A stretch of DNA of 64,000 nucleotides from Anaeromyxobacteraceae bacterium (GCA_032654565.1 JAULAX010000005.1:173942-237941), one strand, 5' to 3'; positions 1 to 13,100 are shown, numbered from the stretch's first letter. Numbers and translations: made by a program. The notes: generated by a model from the letters alone, not told the origin.

Positions 1-159
1 CTCGGCCGGCACCGACGCCCGGACCCGGCGGCCGTCGACGCGGACCTCGCCGAGCTCGAAGGCCCGCTTCACCGCGGCCCGCCCCAGCCCCAGCGCGTCG
101 GCCAGGGCCCGGTCGAGCCGGCCGGCGACGCCGGCGGGGAGCCGGACGGTGCGCTTCAC
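1..159 (-). CDS. RluA-family pseudouridine synthase, N-terminal S4 domain (partial, runs off window start)
   Basis: Manual translation from GTG at 159: MKRTVRLPAGVAGRLDRALADALGLGRAAVKRAFELGEVRVDGRRV, an S4-like RLD..L...R.......G.V.VDG pattern. Only 53 codons visible. Confidence 0.65.
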   Translation of the reverse strand, partial: MKRTVRLPAGVAGRLDRALADALGLGRAAVKRAFELGEVRVDGRRVRASVPAE

Positions 160-184
160 GGCGTCCCCCCGGCGGCGGGCGCGG

Positions 185-769
185 TCACGGCCGGCTCCCG
201 CGGCGCAGCGTGCGCATCCGCACCAGCCCGTAGAAGAGCTGCCGCTCGGTGTAGGTGCGCCGCTCCGGCCCGCCCCCGCGCCGCGGCGCCGCCGGCCGCT
301 CCAGCCACATGCGGGCCCGCACCAGCCCCTGGTGGGCGAAGGGGGCCACCAGCTCGGCGGGGGCCTCGGCCAGGTAGCGCGCCCGCAGCGCGCGGATGCG
401 TCGCCGGTAGGCCCCGGGGGCCAGGCTGGCGTGGCGGCGGCCGCCGTGGAGGGTGCCGTCGAAGCGGAGCGAGGCGTGGTAGAGCTCGTGGAGGATGGTG
501 TCGATCCGCTCCTCCGGCGTCGAGTCGAGGAACCAGAGCGGCCGCAGGGTGATGACGTAGCGGACCTCGCGCCCCCGCACCTCGACGCGCGGCCCCCGGC
601 CACCCTCGGCCCCGGCGAAGGGGCGGATGGTGGCCCGCGAGGCGCGCCGGGCCTCTCCGGCCACCACCAGCAGCCGCGAGGCCCGCACGTGGGCCAGCTC
701 GGGCAGCCGCGCCGCCACGTCGCGGACCAGCCGCTTCACCGCCAGGGTCAGGTTGGGCCGGGCAGGCAC
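185..769 (-). CDS. Putative zinc metallopeptidase (HExxH)
   Basis: 194-aa ORF containing TILHELYH; co-oriented in a tightly packed operon. Confidence 0.6.
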   Translation of the reverse strand: MPARPNLTLAVKRLVRDVAARLPELAHVRASRLLVVAGEARRASRATIRPFAGAEGGRGPRVEVRGREVRYVITLRPLWFLDSTPEERIDTILHELYHASLRFDGTLHGGRRHASLAPGAYRRRIRALRARYLAEAPAELVAPFAHQGLVRARMWLERPAAPRRGGGPERRTYTERQLFYGLVRMRTLRRGSRP

Positions 770-779
770 GGGGTTTGGT

Positions 780-1253
780 TCAGCGCGACGGGCGGCCGCG
801 ACGGGCGGGGCGGTCGCGGTCCCCGGCGCCGCCGCGGGCCGGGCCTCGGCCGGCCCGGGGGCTGCCCGACCTGGTCCCGCCGGTCCGGGGGAGCTTCACC
901 GGGGCGGCCCGGGCCGGGCGCGCCTCCGGCTCGAACTTCGGCTTCTGCGGGTGGCGGCGGTAGACCAGCATGGTCCGGCCCAGCAGCTGGGCCAGCAGCA
1001 CGCCCGGCCCGGACGAGAGCCGCGCCGCCGCCTCGAAGCGGTCCTCCGGGCTCTCCGAGCCCACCTTCACCTTGACCAGTTCGTGGGCCAGCAGCGCCTC
1101 GTCGAGCTGCTTCAGGACCGCCGGCGTCACCCCCTCCTTGCCCACCTGGACCACCGGCGAGAGGTGGTGGCCGGCGGCGCGCAGCGCCTTGCGGAGGCGG
1201 GAGGCGGTCATGAGCGACTGCTTCTTCGGGTTGCTGGGGGTGGGCACGGTCAC
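780..1253 (-). CDS. yhbY: YhbY/CRM-domain RNA-binding protein
   Basis: LRAAGHHLSPVVQVGKEGVT...LLAHELVKVKV...QLLGRTMLVYR. Start placed at GTG 1253, overlapping the upstream stop (GTGA). Confidence 0.88.
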   Translation of the reverse strand: MTVPTPSNPKKQSLMTASRLRKALRAAGHHLSPVVQVGKEGVTPAVLKQLDEALLAHELVKVKVGSESPEDRFEAAARLSSGPGVLLAQLLGRTMLVYRRHPQKPKFEPEARPARAAPVKLPRTGGTRSGSPRAGRGPARGGAGDRDRPARRGRPSR

Positions 1254-3100
1254 TTCCTCAGGTACTTCAGTTCGCGTTGGAGGTCGACGTGGTCGGGCGC
1301 CATCGCCAGGCCGCGCTTGAGCTGCTTCTCGGCCAGCGCCAGGTCGCCGACGATCTTGGCCATCTGCCCGAGGAAGAGGTAGCCGGAGGCGCAGCGCGGG
1401 CTCTTCTTCAGGCCGGACTCGATGGCGGCCACCGCCCGGGCGTGGACCTTCTTCTTCTCGGCGGCGGAGACGAACCCGCACCAGGCCAGCCAGATGCCGT
1501 ACTCCGGCTCGTCGGGGTTGAGCTTCAAGGCCTCGGTGAACTTGGCGGCGGCCTCCTCGTACTGCCGCGCCTTCACCATCAGGGTCCCGGTCTGGAAGAT
1601 GGTCTCGGCCTGCAGGATCCCCATGACGTCGACCGAGACCCCGGCCCCGGTGAGCAGGTCGTCGACGTACCGGGCCCGCCGGGCGTCGTCGCCGAGCACG
1701 CCCCAGGACTCGCCGATGCGGGAGAAGAGGTCGGCGCAGAGCTTCTTCACCTCGGGTGACGCGGAGACGTCGACGGTGTCGGGGTGGTAGGCCTTGGCCA
1801 GCTGGAAGTAGGCGACCTTGATCTGGGCCGCGGTGGCGTCGGAGGAGACGCCCAGCACCTTGAAGTGATCGGCCTCCTTGTAGCTGGCGAGGAGCGCCTT
1901 CAAGGTGCGCTCGTCCATGGGCGGGCCGGCGCGGGCCGCCGGGGCGGCGGTGGGCGAGGCCGGCCGGGGGGCCGGCGCGGCGGGCTGGACCGGCCGGGGA
2001 GCCGGCGGCGGCGGGCGTGGGGCGGGCGGCGGGGTCCGCGGTGGCGCGGCCTGGGGGTGCGGGGCGGATCCCGGCGCCGGCGTGGGCGTCGCGGGGGCGG
2101 TCGCAGGCGGTGGCGGCGGCGGCGACGCGGCCGGAGCCGGTGGCGGCGACGTGACCGGAGCCGGTGGTGGCGCTGGCGTCGACGAGGGGACCGGAGCGGG
2201 TGCCGGTCCTGGAGGGGCGGCGGGAGCGGCCTCCGGCGCGGCGACCGCCCGCGGCGGGCCGAACGACAGCAGCCCCACCTCGGCCAGCAGCAGGGCGACG
2301 CGGAGCAGGACGGTGGCGTCGGCGCCGCGCTGGCGGGCCAGGTCGGAGAGCCTGCTGCCGTCGAGGGCGGCCACCGCCCGGGCCTCGGCCGGGCCGAGCC
2401 GCAGGTCCTCGACCCGGACCCGGCCGATGATCCGGGTGGCGCCCAGCTGCTCGCGCGGCCCCAGCCGGCGCAGCACCGAGGCGGCGTCGAGGGCCCGCAC
2501 CGCCTGCCCCAGCATCACCCAGGGTGAACCGAGCGGGAAGGCGCTGGGCGGGGGCGCCACCCCCGGCTCCCAGCGCCAGGCGCCGGCCTCCACGCTCAGG
2601 GCCCGGGTCACCAGCTGCCCGGCGTGCTCCTGGATGAGCCGCACCAGGTCGGCGCCGTTGATCAGCCGCAGCGTGACCAGCGCCCCCACCAGGTCGCCCT
2701 CGGGGCCGGAGACCAGGGCCGCCTCCGCCACCTGCTCCGGCTGCACCAGGCCGCGGAAGACCAGGAAGCCGGGGAGGTCGTCGTCGGGGCTCGAGGTGGT
2801 GACGTGCTCGATGGTCCCCTTGCGGAAGGTGAGCGAGAAGGTCGCGCCGTCGGGGGCCAGGGTGAGCCGGCCGGTGGCGGCGGTGGCGGCGGCCAGCCCG
2901 AAGAGCCGCAGCGGCCCCTCGACGGCCAGGTCACCCTGGGCGGGGAGGCTGGCGGCCAGGGCCGCCTCGGCCGTCACCTCGGGGGCCTCGAGCCCGCGGC
3001 TGGCGCCCGGGGCGACCGCCTGCCCCGGGGGCGGCGGCCGCTCCAGGCGCGGCGGCGAGGACGGCGCGGGGGCCGACCGGGGCTTGGGCGCGTCTGCCAC
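1250..3100 (-). CDS. DUF4388-like domain + Pro-rich linker + DnaJ domain + TPR protein
   Basis: DHFKVLGV...AYFQLAKAYHPD J-domain; C-terminal TPR helices; N-terminal region similar to myxobacterial DUF4388. Confidence 0.85.
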   Translation of the reverse strand: MADAPKPRSAPAPSSPPRLERPPPPGQAVAPGASRGLEAPEVTAEAALAASLPAQGDLAVEGPLRLFGLAAATAATGRLTLAPDGATFSLTFRKGTIEHVTTSSPDDDLPGFLVFRGLVQPEQVAEAALVSGPEGDLVGALVTLRLINGADLVRLIQEHAGQLVTRALSVEAGAWRWEPGVAPPPSAFPLGSPWVMLGQAVRALDAASVLRRLGPREQLGATRIIGRVRVEDLRLGPAEARAVAALDGSRLSDLARQRGADATVLLRVALLLAEVGLLSFGPPRAVAAPEAAPAAPPGPAPAPVPSSTPAPPPAPVTSPPPAPAASPPPPPPATAPATPTPAPGSAPHPQAAPPRTPPPAPRPPPPAPRPVQPAAPAPRPASPTAAPAARAGPPMDERTLKALLASYKEADHFKVLGVSSDATAAQIKVAYFQLAKAYHPDTVDVSASPEVKKLCADLFSRIGESWGVLGDDARRARYVDDLLTGAGVSVDVMGILQAETIFQTGTLMVKARQYEEAAAKFTEALKLNPDEPEYGIWLAWCGFVSAAEKKKVHARAVAAIESGLKKSPRCASGYLFLGQMAKIVGDLALAEKQLKRGLAMAPDHVDLQRELKYLRK

Positions 3101-3106
3101 GACGGC

Positions 3107-4774
3107 TCAGAGTACCACCGTCTCCTTGTACTCGCCGAAGACCTCCCGGAGGGCGTCGGAGATCTCTCCCAGCGTCGCCTCGGCCTTCACCGCGGCCAGG
3201 ATCAGCGGCATGAGGTTGTCGGTGCCGCGGGCCCCGGCCCGGACGGCATCGGTGGCTTGCTTGCAGGCGGTGGCGTTGCGGCGGGCCCGGAAGGCCTTGA
3301 GCCGGCCCACCTGCTGGGCCTCCAGGGCCGGGTCGATCTTCATGATGGTGACCGGCGGGTCCTCGGCCTTGTAGGCGTTGACCCCCACCACCACCTGCTC
3401 CTTCTTCTCGACCTGCTTCTGCCAGGCGTAGGCGGCGTCCTGGATCTCGCGCTGCACGTACCCCTTGGAGATGGCGTGGACCATGCCGCCCATGTCGTCG
3501 ATCTTCTTGATGTAGGCCTCGGCGCGGGCCTCGATCTCGTCTGTCATGGCCTCGATGACGTAGCTGCCGCCGAAGGGGTCGATGACGTCGGCCACCCCCG
3601 ACTCGTTGGCGATGATCTGCTGGGTGCGCAGGGCGATGCCGGCCGACGCCTCGGTGGGCAGCCCCAGCGCCTCGTCGCGCGAGTTGGTGTGCAGCGACTG
3701 GGTGCCGCCCAGCACCGCCGCCAGCGCCTGGATGGTGACCCGGACGATGTTGTTGTCGGGCTGCTGGGCGGTCAGCATGGAGCCGGCGGTCTGGGTGTGG
3801 AAGCGGAGCATCCAGGAGCGCGGGTCCTTGGCCTTGAAGCGCTCCTTCATGACCCGGGCCCAGAGCCGGCGGGCGGCGCGGTACTTGGCCACCTCCTCGA
3901 GCAGGTTGTTGTGGCCGTTGAAGAAGAAGGAGAGCCGGCCGGCGAAGGCGTCGACGTCGAGCCCGGCCTTGACCGCGGCGTCGACGTACTGGATGCCGTC
4001 GGCCAGGGTGAAGGCCACCTCCTGGACCGCCGTCGAGCCGGCCTCGCGGATGTGGTAGCCGGAGATGGAGATGGGGTTCCACTTCGGCATCACCTTGGCG
4101 GTGTAGGCGAAGATGTCGGTGATGAGCCGCAGCGACGGCACCGGCGGGTAGATGTAGGTGCCGCGGGCGGCGTACTCCTTGAGCAGGTCGTTCTGGATGG
4201 TCCCCTGCAGGTCGCCGGGGGCCACCCCCTGCCGCTCGCCGATGGCCTGGTACATGGAGAGCAGCACCGCGGCGGTGGAGTTGATGGTCATCGAGCTGGA
4301 GACGGTGCCGAGCGGGATGCCGTCGAGCAGCGTCGCCATGTCGTCGATGGAGTCGATGGCCACGCCCACCTTGCCCACCTCCCCCTGGGCGCGGACGTGG
4401 TCGGAGTCGCGCCCCATCTGCGTGGGCAGGTCGAAGGCCACCGAGAGGCCGGTCTGGCCGGACTTGAGCAGGTACTTGTAGCGCTCGTTCGACTCGGCGG
4501 CGGTGCCGAAGCCGGCGTACTGGCGCATGGTCCAGAAGCGGGCCCGGTACATGGTGGGCTGCACGCCGCGGGTGAAGGGGTACTCGCCGGGCAGGCCGAG
4601 CCGGTCCTCCAGCCCCGGCTTGACGTCGGCCGCCACGTAGACCGGCTGCTGGGGGATGCCGCTGGTGGTCTCGAAGCGGGGGCGCCGCTCCGGCGACTTC
4701 GACACCGCCTTGCCGTACGGCCCCTTCAACCAGCGCTCCTTCTCGGTGCGGCCCTGCGCGCGATCGTCAGCCAT
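3107..4774 (-). CDS. Methylmalonyl-CoA mutase family, large (substrate-binding) subunit without B12-binding domain
   Basis: [40 protein letters not shown] motifs; 555 aa; no DxHxxG cobalamin domain. Confidence 0.93.
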   Translation of the reverse strand: MADDRAQGRTEKERWLKGPYGKAVSKSPERRPRFETTSGIPQQPVYVAADVKPGLEDRLGLPGEYPFTRGVQPTMYRARFWTMRQYAGFGTAAESNERYKYLLKSGQTGLSVAFDLPTQMGRDSDHVRAQGEVGKVGVAIDSIDDMATLLDGIPLGTVSSSMTINSTAAVLLSMYQAIGERQGVAPGDLQGTIQNDLLKEYAARGTYIYPPVPSLRLITDIFAYTAKVMPKWNPISISGYHIREAGSTAVQEVAFTLADGIQYVDAAVKAGLDVDAFAGRLSFFFNGHNNLLEEVAKYRAARRLWARVMKERFKAKDPRSWMLRFHTQTAGSMLTAQQPDNNIVRVTIQALAAVLGGTQSLHTNSRDEALGLPTEASAGIALRTQQIIANESGVADVIDPFGGSYVIEAMTDEIEARAEAYIKKIDDMGGMVHAISKGYVQREIQDAAYAWQKQVEKKEQVVVGVNAYKAEDPPVTIMKIDPALEAQQVGRLKAFRARRNATACKQATDAVRAGARGTDNLMPLILAAVKAEATLGEISDALREVFGEYKETVVL

Positions 4775-4810
4775 GTCGTCCTCGCTCCCCGGTGTCGGTC
4801 TGCCGCCAGC

Positions 4811-5319
4811 CTACTCGACGGCGAGCAGCGTCGCGCCGCTCGCCACGTCCTGTCCCGCCTCGACCTGCAGCGCCGCCACCGTGCCACGGCGCGGGCTGCG
4901 CAGCTCGTTCTCCATGTGCAGCGCCTCCAGCACCAGCAGCGGCTGCCCTTCGGTCACCGCCTCGCCCTCCCGCACCAGCACCTTCAGCACCCGGCCCGCC
5001 AGCGGCGCGGCGACCACCTGCCGACCCTCCACGGTGAGCGTCCCCGGGGCCCGACGCATCCGCAGCCGGCGCTCGGGGAGGACCTCCATGGGGAAGACGG
5101 CGCCGCCCACCCCGACCCGCAGCTGGGCGCCGCGCTGGTCGAAGCTGGCGGTGGAGCTGGCGGTGTCGATGATCAGCGAGAGGGTGGCGTCGTCGTGGCG
5201 GAAGGCGTCGACGCGGTGGAGCTGGTCGCCGAGCCGGACCCGGTAGCGGCCCGGCCCGTCCTCCTCGACCTCCAGCGCCACCTCGCGCTTGCCGCCGTCG
5301 AGCAGGGCCACGTAGCGGC

Positions 5320-5323
<4 letters not shown>
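4811..5323 (-). CDS. Biotin carboxyl carrier protein (acyl-CoA carboxylase)
   Basis: ATG at 5323; C-terminal biotinyl/lipoyl fold APLAGRVLKVLVREG...LLVLEALHMENELRSP (see findings for the non-canonical motif). Confidence 0.8.
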
Positions 5324-6849
<1,526 letters not shown>

Positions 6850-6958
6850 GCGGGGTGAGGACGATACCCGCGCGGGTGCGGCCCCGTCCACCCAACATCG
6901 CGTCAAAGTCGCCGACACCACTCCACTTCTTCGACGCGACGCGTTTCGCCGGCGGGGG

Positions 6959-7402
6959 TCAACCGCCCGGCGCCGGCGCTGCGGTCTCCGCCCGCCCGGC
7001 CAGCTCCCGGGCCATCAGGAAGCGCCCCAGCCCGACGTCGTTGGCGGCGATGTGGAAGCGGAACCACTCCAGCACCCGCCCGGTGGCCCAGCGGCGGAAG
7101 GGCGGCGTGAGGCCGCTGGCCTTGAGCCCGGCCAGGTGCTTGCCGGCGTCGAGCAGGAAGAGGTCGTGCGTCTCCTTGTGGCGCGCCGCCAGCGGGTAGC
7201 CGGCCTCGGCCATGAGCCGCTCCTCGTGGGCGAAGTGGGCCGCCACCTGCCCGGCCAGCCGGCCGAGCAGGAGCACCGCCTCCATGGTGGCGCCGGTGTT
7301 GACGGCGGCGAGCAGGCGATCCAGCCCCTCCGAGATCTGCGCGTGCTCGTCGTCGATCGGCGCGTAGCCGGTCTCCTGGTAGAGCTTCTCCTTGATGGTC
7401 AT
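6959..7402 (-). CDS. Bacteriohemerythrin family protein
   Basis: TGYAPIDDEH, HFAHEERLM, HKETH, HIAAND iron-ligand pattern; ATG at 7402. Confidence 0.88.
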   Translation of the reverse strand: MTIKEKLYQETGYAPIDDEHAQISEGLDRLLAAVNTGATMEAVLLLGRLAGQVAAHFAHEERLMAEAGYPLAARHKETHDLFLLDAGKHLAGLKASGLTPPFRRWATGRVLEWFRFHIAANDVGLGRFLMARELAGRAETAAPAPGG

Positions 7403-7573
7403 CTGATCCTCCGTCTCACGAGCGGCCGAGGAGTGCATCGCGTGGGCCGTGGCAACCGGCCGCCACCACGAGGTTCTCCGACCCCCTCCACTGGCCCAGG
7501 GTCCAGTTCACCCCGGCGCCGACCATGCCGCGCTGCGCCATCAACCTCCGGGGGTTCCATGGCCTTCCTCGCC

Positions 7574-7626
7574 TTGACATCCCGCCATGCGCCCGACTAG
7601 TTTGTTCGTCAGCCGAACAAAGTAGT
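7574..7626 (+). promoter_or_regulatory. Sigma70-like promoter (TTGACA-N18-TAGTTT) overlapped by ROK-type operator palindrome
   Basis: TTGACA 7574-7579; ACTAGTTTGTTCG-tcagc-CGAACAAAGTAGT 7596-7626 (12/13 inverted match); AT-rich island in GC-rich DNA. Confidence 0.8.
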
Positions 7627-7659
7627 CCTCCCCCCGGCTCGTCCGGCTTCGGAGCCCAC

Positions 7660-8778
7660 ATGGCTGGACCCTCCAGCTCGATCCCCGCCGTCGCCGCCAG
7701 CGCTCCCCGCGAGGAGGCCGCCGGCGCCGCCCCCGCGCTGGCGCCGCTGCTCGAGGTCCGCAAGCTGCGCAAGGTCTTCACCTCCGGCGGCCTCTTCCGC
7801 CGCGCCAGGGTGATGGTGGCGGTGCAGGACGTCTCCTTCGAGGTCCGGCGCGGCGAGGCGGTGGCCCTGGTCGGCGAGTCGGGCAGCGGCAAGAGCACCA
7901 TCGCCCGCATGCTGGTGCGCCTCTCCCGCCCCGACGGCGGGGAGATCCGGCTCGACGGCGTCGACGTGCTGGCCCGCGAGCCGCGCGGCGCCTCGCTGGC
8001 CTTCCGCGGCCGGGTGCAGATGGTCTTCCAGGACCCCTTCGGCTCGCTCAACCCCATCCACAGCGTGGCCCACCACCTGGAGCGGCCGCTGCTGCGCCAC
8101 GGCCGGGTCGACGGCCTCAACCCGGCGCTCTCGGTGGCCGGCCACCTCGACTCGCCGCTGCGGCTCTCCGGCAAGGCGGCGCTGCGCGAGCGGGCCATCG
8201 CCCTGCTGCGCAAGGTGGGGCTGGAGCCGGCCGAGGAGTACCTGGAGCGCCACCCCTACGAGCTCTCCGGCGGCCAGCGCCAGCGGGTGGCCATCGCCCG
8301 CGCCCTGGCGGTGGAGCCGGACCTGCTGGTGGCCGACGAGCCGACCTCGATGCTCGACGTCTCCATCCGCACCGGCGTGCTCAACCTGCTGGCGCGGCTG
8401 AAGCGCGAGCAGGGGCTGGGGATCATCCTCATCACCCACGATCTGGCCTCGGCGCGCTACCTGGCCGACCGGATCATGGTGCTCTACCGCGGGCGCATCG
8501 TGGAGGACGGCCCCAGCCGCGCCATCGTCTCGGCGCCGGCCCACCCCTACACCCGCGCCCTGCTGGCCTCCATCGCCCACTCCGGCGCCGGCGGCCTGCC
8601 CCCGGCCACGGCCCGGCCCGGGGCCGACGCCCGCCCCGCCGGCACCGGCTGCCCCTTCGCGCCGCGCTGCCCCGACGTCATGGACGCCTGCCACGCCAGC
8701 GAGCCGGCGCCGCGCCAGGTCGACGGGATCCGCACCGTGCGCTGCCACCTCTACCCCGACGCCCCCCTGGCCACCTGA
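7660..8778 (+). CDS. Opp/Dpp-type ABC transporter ATP-binding subunit
   Basis: GESGSGKS, VFQDP, LSGGQRQR, ADEPTS, HPYT, GCPFAPRC...CH oligopeptide C-terminal domain; ATG at 7660 after GGAG. Confidence 0.92.
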   Translation: MAGPSSSIPAVAASAPREEAAGAAPALAPLLEVRKLRKVFTSGGLFRRARVMVAVQDVSFEVRRGEAVALVGESGSGKSTIARMLVRLSRPDGGEIRLDGVDVLAREPRGASLAFRGRVQMVFQDPFGSLNPIHSVAHHLERPLLRHGRVDGLNPALSVAGHLDSPLRLSGKAALRERAIALLRKVGLEPAEEYLERHPYELSGGQRQRVAIARALAVEPDLLVADEPTSMLDVSIRTGVLNLLARLKREQGLGIILITHDLASARYLADRIMVLYRGRIVEDGPSRAIVSAPAHPYTRALLASIAHSGAGGLPPATARPGADARPAGTGCPFAPRCPDVMDACHASEPAPRQVDGIRTVRCHLYPDAPLAT

Positions 8779-8779
8779 G

Positions 8780-10165
8780 ATGCCCCACCGTCCCTTCCCG
8801 CCCGGCTTCCTCTGGGGCGTCGCCACCTCGGCCTTCCAGATCGAGGGGGCCTCCACCGCCGAGGGGCGGGGCGAGTCGATCTGGGATCGCTTCGCCGCCA
8901 CCCCGGGGGCCATCGAGGACGGCAGCGACGGCACCGTGGCCTGCGACCACTTCCGCCGCTGGCCGGAGGACGTGGCGCTGATGCGCGGCCTCGGGCTCAA
9001 CGCCTACCGCTTCTCGATCGCCTGGCCGCGGGTCCAGCCGCTGGGGCGGGGCGCGCTCAACCCCGCCGGCCTCGACTTCTACGACCGGCTGGTCGACGGC
9101 CTGCTCGAGGCCGGGCTGGCGCCCATGGCCACGCTCTACCACTGGGACCTGCCGCAGGCGCTCCAGGACCGCGGCGGCTGGGGCTCGCGCGACACCGCCT
9201 CGGCCTTCGTCGACTACGCCGCGGCCGTCTCGATGCGGCTCGGGGACCGGGTGCGGCAGTGGGTGACGCACAACGAGCCCTGGTGCATCGCCACCCTGGG
9301 CCACGAGCAGGGGGCCCACGCCCCCGGGCTGCGCGACCCGGCGCTGGCGCTGCGGGCCGCCCACCACGTCCTGCTCTCGCACGGCTGGGCGGTGCCGGTG
9401 CTGCGGCGCAACGCCCCCGGCGCCGAGGTGGGCATCGTCCTCATCGCCTCGCATGTCGAGCCGGCCTCGCCGAGCGAGGCCGACCGCGACGCCGCCCGCT
9501 GGTTCGACGGCTTCTTCAACCGCTGGTATCTCGACCCGGTCTTCCGCGGCAGCTACCCGGCCGACGCGGTCGAGGACCGGGTGCGGCGCGGGCAGCTCCC
9601 CCCCGGCCCGCTCCCCTTCGTGCAGCCGGGCGACCTGGCCGCCATCCAGGCCCCGCTCGACTTCCTCGGCCTCAACTACTACAGCCGCGCCGTGCTCTCC
9701 GGCGCCCCCGGCCCGGCCGGCGAGCCGGCCCCCCGCACCCTGGCCATGGCCCCCCCCGAGGCGCTCACCGACATGGGCTGGGAGGTCTGGCCGCAGGGGC
9801 TGGAGGACGTGCTGCGCCGCATCCACCGGGAGTACCAGCCGCCCCGCATCTACATCACCGAGAACGGCGCCGCCTACGCCGACGGCCCCAACGGCGACGG
9901 CCGGGTCCACGACGCGCGGCGCCGCGCCTTCCTGGCCGGCCACCTCGGGGCCCTGCGGCGGGCCATCGCCGCCGGGGTGCCGGTGGCCGGGTACTACCAC
10001 TGGTCGCTGCTCGACAACTTCGAGTGGGGCCACGGCTACACCAAGCGCTTCGGCCTGGTCCACGTCGACTACGCCACCCAGCACCGCACCCTGAAGGACA
10101 GCGCGCTGTACTACCGCGACGTCGTGGCCGCCAACGCGGTCCCCGACGACGCCCCGTCACCGTGA
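8780..10165 (+). CDS. GH1 beta-glucosidase (cytoplasmic)
   Basis: FLWGVATSAFQIEG, THNEP (acid/base), YITENG (nucleophile), WSLLDNFEW; no signal peptide. Confidence 0.95.
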   Translation: MPHRPFPPGFLWGVATSAFQIEGASTAEGRGESIWDRFAATPGAIEDGSDGTVACDHFRRWPEDVALMRGLGLNAYRFSIAWPRVQPLGRGALNPAGLDFYDRLVDGLLEAGLAPMATLYHWDLPQALQDRGGWGSRDTASAFVDYAAAVSMRLGDRVRQWVTHNEPWCIATLGHEQGAHAPGLRDPALALRAAHHVLLSHGWAVPVLRRNAPGAEVGIVLIASHVEPASPSEADRDAARWFDGFFNRWYLDPVFRGSYPADAVEDRVRRGQLPPGPLPFVQPGDLAAIQAPLDFLGLNYYSRAVLSGAPGPAGEPAPRTLAMAPPEALTDMGWEVWPQGLEDVLRRIHREYQPPRIYITENGAAYADGPNGDGRVHDARRRAFLAGHLGALRRAIAAGVPVAGYYHWSLLDNFEWGHGYTKRFGLVHVDYATQHRTLKDSALYYRDVVAANAVPDDAPSP

Positions 10166-10172
10166 GGCTGAC

Positions 10173-13100
10173 ATGACGACCCTCCCCGCTCCCCGGCTCG
10201 CCCCCTCGCGGTCCCCGCGCCACGCGGCCGGCCTGCTGGCCCTGCTGCTGGCCCTGGCGCCGCTGGCCACCCCCGCCGCACCCGCCGCACCCGTCGCCAC
10301 GGTGAAGGTGCTCTCCGGCCCGGGTGGACTGAAGCTGGCGGTCAACGGCCAGGACTTCATGGTCCTCGGCATGAACTGGGACTACTTCCCCATCGGCACC
10401 AACTACAACTACAACTTCTGGGGCCAGCCCGACGACGTCATCGAGGCCGCCCTGGCCAACGAGATGTCGCTGATGAAGCGCATGGGGGTCAACGCCGTGC
10501 GGCTCTACGCCGGCGTCCCGCCCCGCTGGATCGCCCACATCCACGAGAAGTACGGCATCTGGACCGTCCTCAACCACACCGTGGGGCGCTACGGCTACAC
10601 CCTCGACGGCGCCTGGACCCAGAACGTCGACTACTCCAGCCCGCGCTTCCGCGCCGCGGTCAAGGCCGAGCTGGCGGCGCTGGTCGAGGAGTACAAGGGG
10701 ACACCCGGCCTGCTGATGTGGCTGCTCGGCAACGAGAGCAACTACGGCCTCTCCTGGAGCTCGTTCGAGATCGAGGCGCTGCCCAGCGGCGAGCGCGACC
10801 ACGCCAAGGCCAAGCACCTCTACTCGCTCTTCGGCGAGATCATCCGCGACACCAAGGCCCGCGACCCCAACCACCCGGTCTCGATCGCCAACGGCGACCT
10901 GCAGTACATCGATCTCATCGCCAGCGAGTGCCGGGGGCTGGACGTGCTCGGCGTCAACGCCTACCGCGGCAAGTCGATGGGCGACCTCTACGCGGTGGTC
11001 AAGGCCAAGCTGGGGGTGCCGGTGATGTTCACCGAGTTCGGCGCCGACGCCTTCGACGCCAGGCGCGGCAAGGAGGACGACCTCACCCAGGCCCGCTACC
11101 TGCTGGCCCAGTGGCGGGAGATCTTCGAGCAGTCGGCCGGCAAGGGGAAGGTCGGCAACGCCGTGGGCGGCTTCACCTTCCAGTGGAGCGACGGCTGGTG
11201 GAAGTACAAGCAGGAGACCAACCTCGAGCTCCACGACACCAACGCCTCCTGGCCCAACGGCGGCTACGTCGAGGACTACGTGGAGGGCGAGAACAACATG
11301 AACGAGGAGTGGTGGGGGATCTGCGCCAAGGGGCAGCCCGACGACCGCGGCCTCTACGAGCTGCAGCCGCGCACCGCCTACTACGCGCTGCAGCAGGCCT
11401 TCCGCCTCGACCCCTACGGCCCGGCCACCACCGCGGCCGCCATCCAGGCCCACTTCTCCGCCATCGAGCCGGACGAGCTGGCCTTCCACTACCAGGCGGT
11501 CAAGGGGGCGGCGCTGGCCTCGACGCTGGGCGCGGTCCGGCTCTCCAACCTGCGGCTCTCCTTCGAGACCTACTCCACCGGCGGCAACAACCACTGGCAG
11601 CGCCCCACCCTGCCGAACGGCGGGCGCGGCTTCGACACCATGGAGTCGATGTACCTCGAGGCCACGGTGCAGCCCACCGAGAAGGTCACCGGCAAGGTCG
11701 AGGTCAACGTGCTCGGCAACGTGGCCCAGAACCCCATCGACGAGATCTACTACGAGCGGCACGGCAAGCCGGTGCAGCTCACCGGCGTGGTCGCCAACCC
11801 CGACGGAACCCTGTCGGCCGGCCCCAAGACCACGATCAGCGGCGCCGATCGGGTCCGCGTCTACCGGGCCAGCGTCGCCTGGGAGGACGCCTGGTTCCGC
11901 CTCGAGGGCTTCTACCGGACCGGCCACTACCACTGGGGCGCCGAGGGCGACGTCTTCGGCCTCTACCGGGAGGCCAACTACGGCGACCGGATCGACATCT
12001 ACGACGCCAACACGCCGTCGGGCATGGAGATCACCGGCAAGCGGGCCCTCGACGGCCTGAAGGTGGCCTTCGGACCGCAGCTCTGGTGGGGGGCCAACCC
12101 GACGGTGATCGGCAAGTACCGGCGCAGCGTCGCCGGCCTCGATCTGACGCTGCTGCACCAGGAGGACGTGGCCCAGACCGGCGGCGTCGCCGGCATCTCG
12201 GCCATCATCCCGGAGAAGGCCGGCCGCCGCACCGCGCTGGCGCTGGAGACGCGGCTGCTCGGCGCCGGGGTGGAGCTGGGAGGAATCTGGTCGGGCTCGA
12301 GCCGGGTCGGCCAGGTCTTCCTCGACGACGCCAACCGCCCGGAGAAGATCCGCGCCCAGGACGCCTTCGGCGGCAAGGCCAAGGTCACCATCGAGCGCGG
12401 CACGCTGCACTGGTACGCCTCGGGCGCCTACATGGGGCTGGTGGCCAACGCCGGCCCCACCGCCCGCGTCACCTACACCGGCTGGAGCCTGAAGGACAGC
12501 GGCTCCGGCAACCAGGTCAACGCCCTCACCGGCCTGGCCGCCACCTTCGGCATGTTCCAGATCGCCCCCAACTTCCTCTGGCAGAAGCCGCTGGTCGGCC
12601 CCGGCACCAGCGTCATCCCCTTCGGGCTGGGCGGCGCGGCCTCGCGCAACATCAACGCCGACCCCTTCGTGGTGCGGGGCAACCGCGAGACCATCGCCGG
12701 CGAGCTGATGCTGGTCTTCGACCCCACCCCGGCCACCTGGATGTGGGCCTGGGACAACGACCTGCGCGAGGACGCCCCCTTCGCCGCCAGCCTCGACTTC
12801 GTCTTCCGCCACCAGCCCACCGCCGTGGACGCCACGCTCTTCTACGCCGCCGACGGCATCACCCAGTACGCCTTCCAGCGCGGCGTCCCCGCCGCCGACG
12901 TCTGGGAGGTGAGCGCCCGGGTGGTCTCGGCGCCGCGCTCCGACCTGCGCCTGGTGGCCCACGCCTTCGCCGGCAACCAGCAGGCCAACGGCGAGAGCGT
13001 CCGCCAGCCCCGCCGCTACGGCGGCGACCTGCGGGTCACCTGGCGCTCGGTGGCGCTGGCGGCCCACGCCAAGTTCAACGACTGGGGGCCCTACGACTAC

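Noticed and set aside
1920..2250. Pro/Ala-rich and Pro/Glu-rich low-complexity tracts (also 38540-39470 and 43350-43620) as DNA repeats
   Set aside because: They are in-frame protein linkers typical of myxobacterial proteins, not independent repeat elements.
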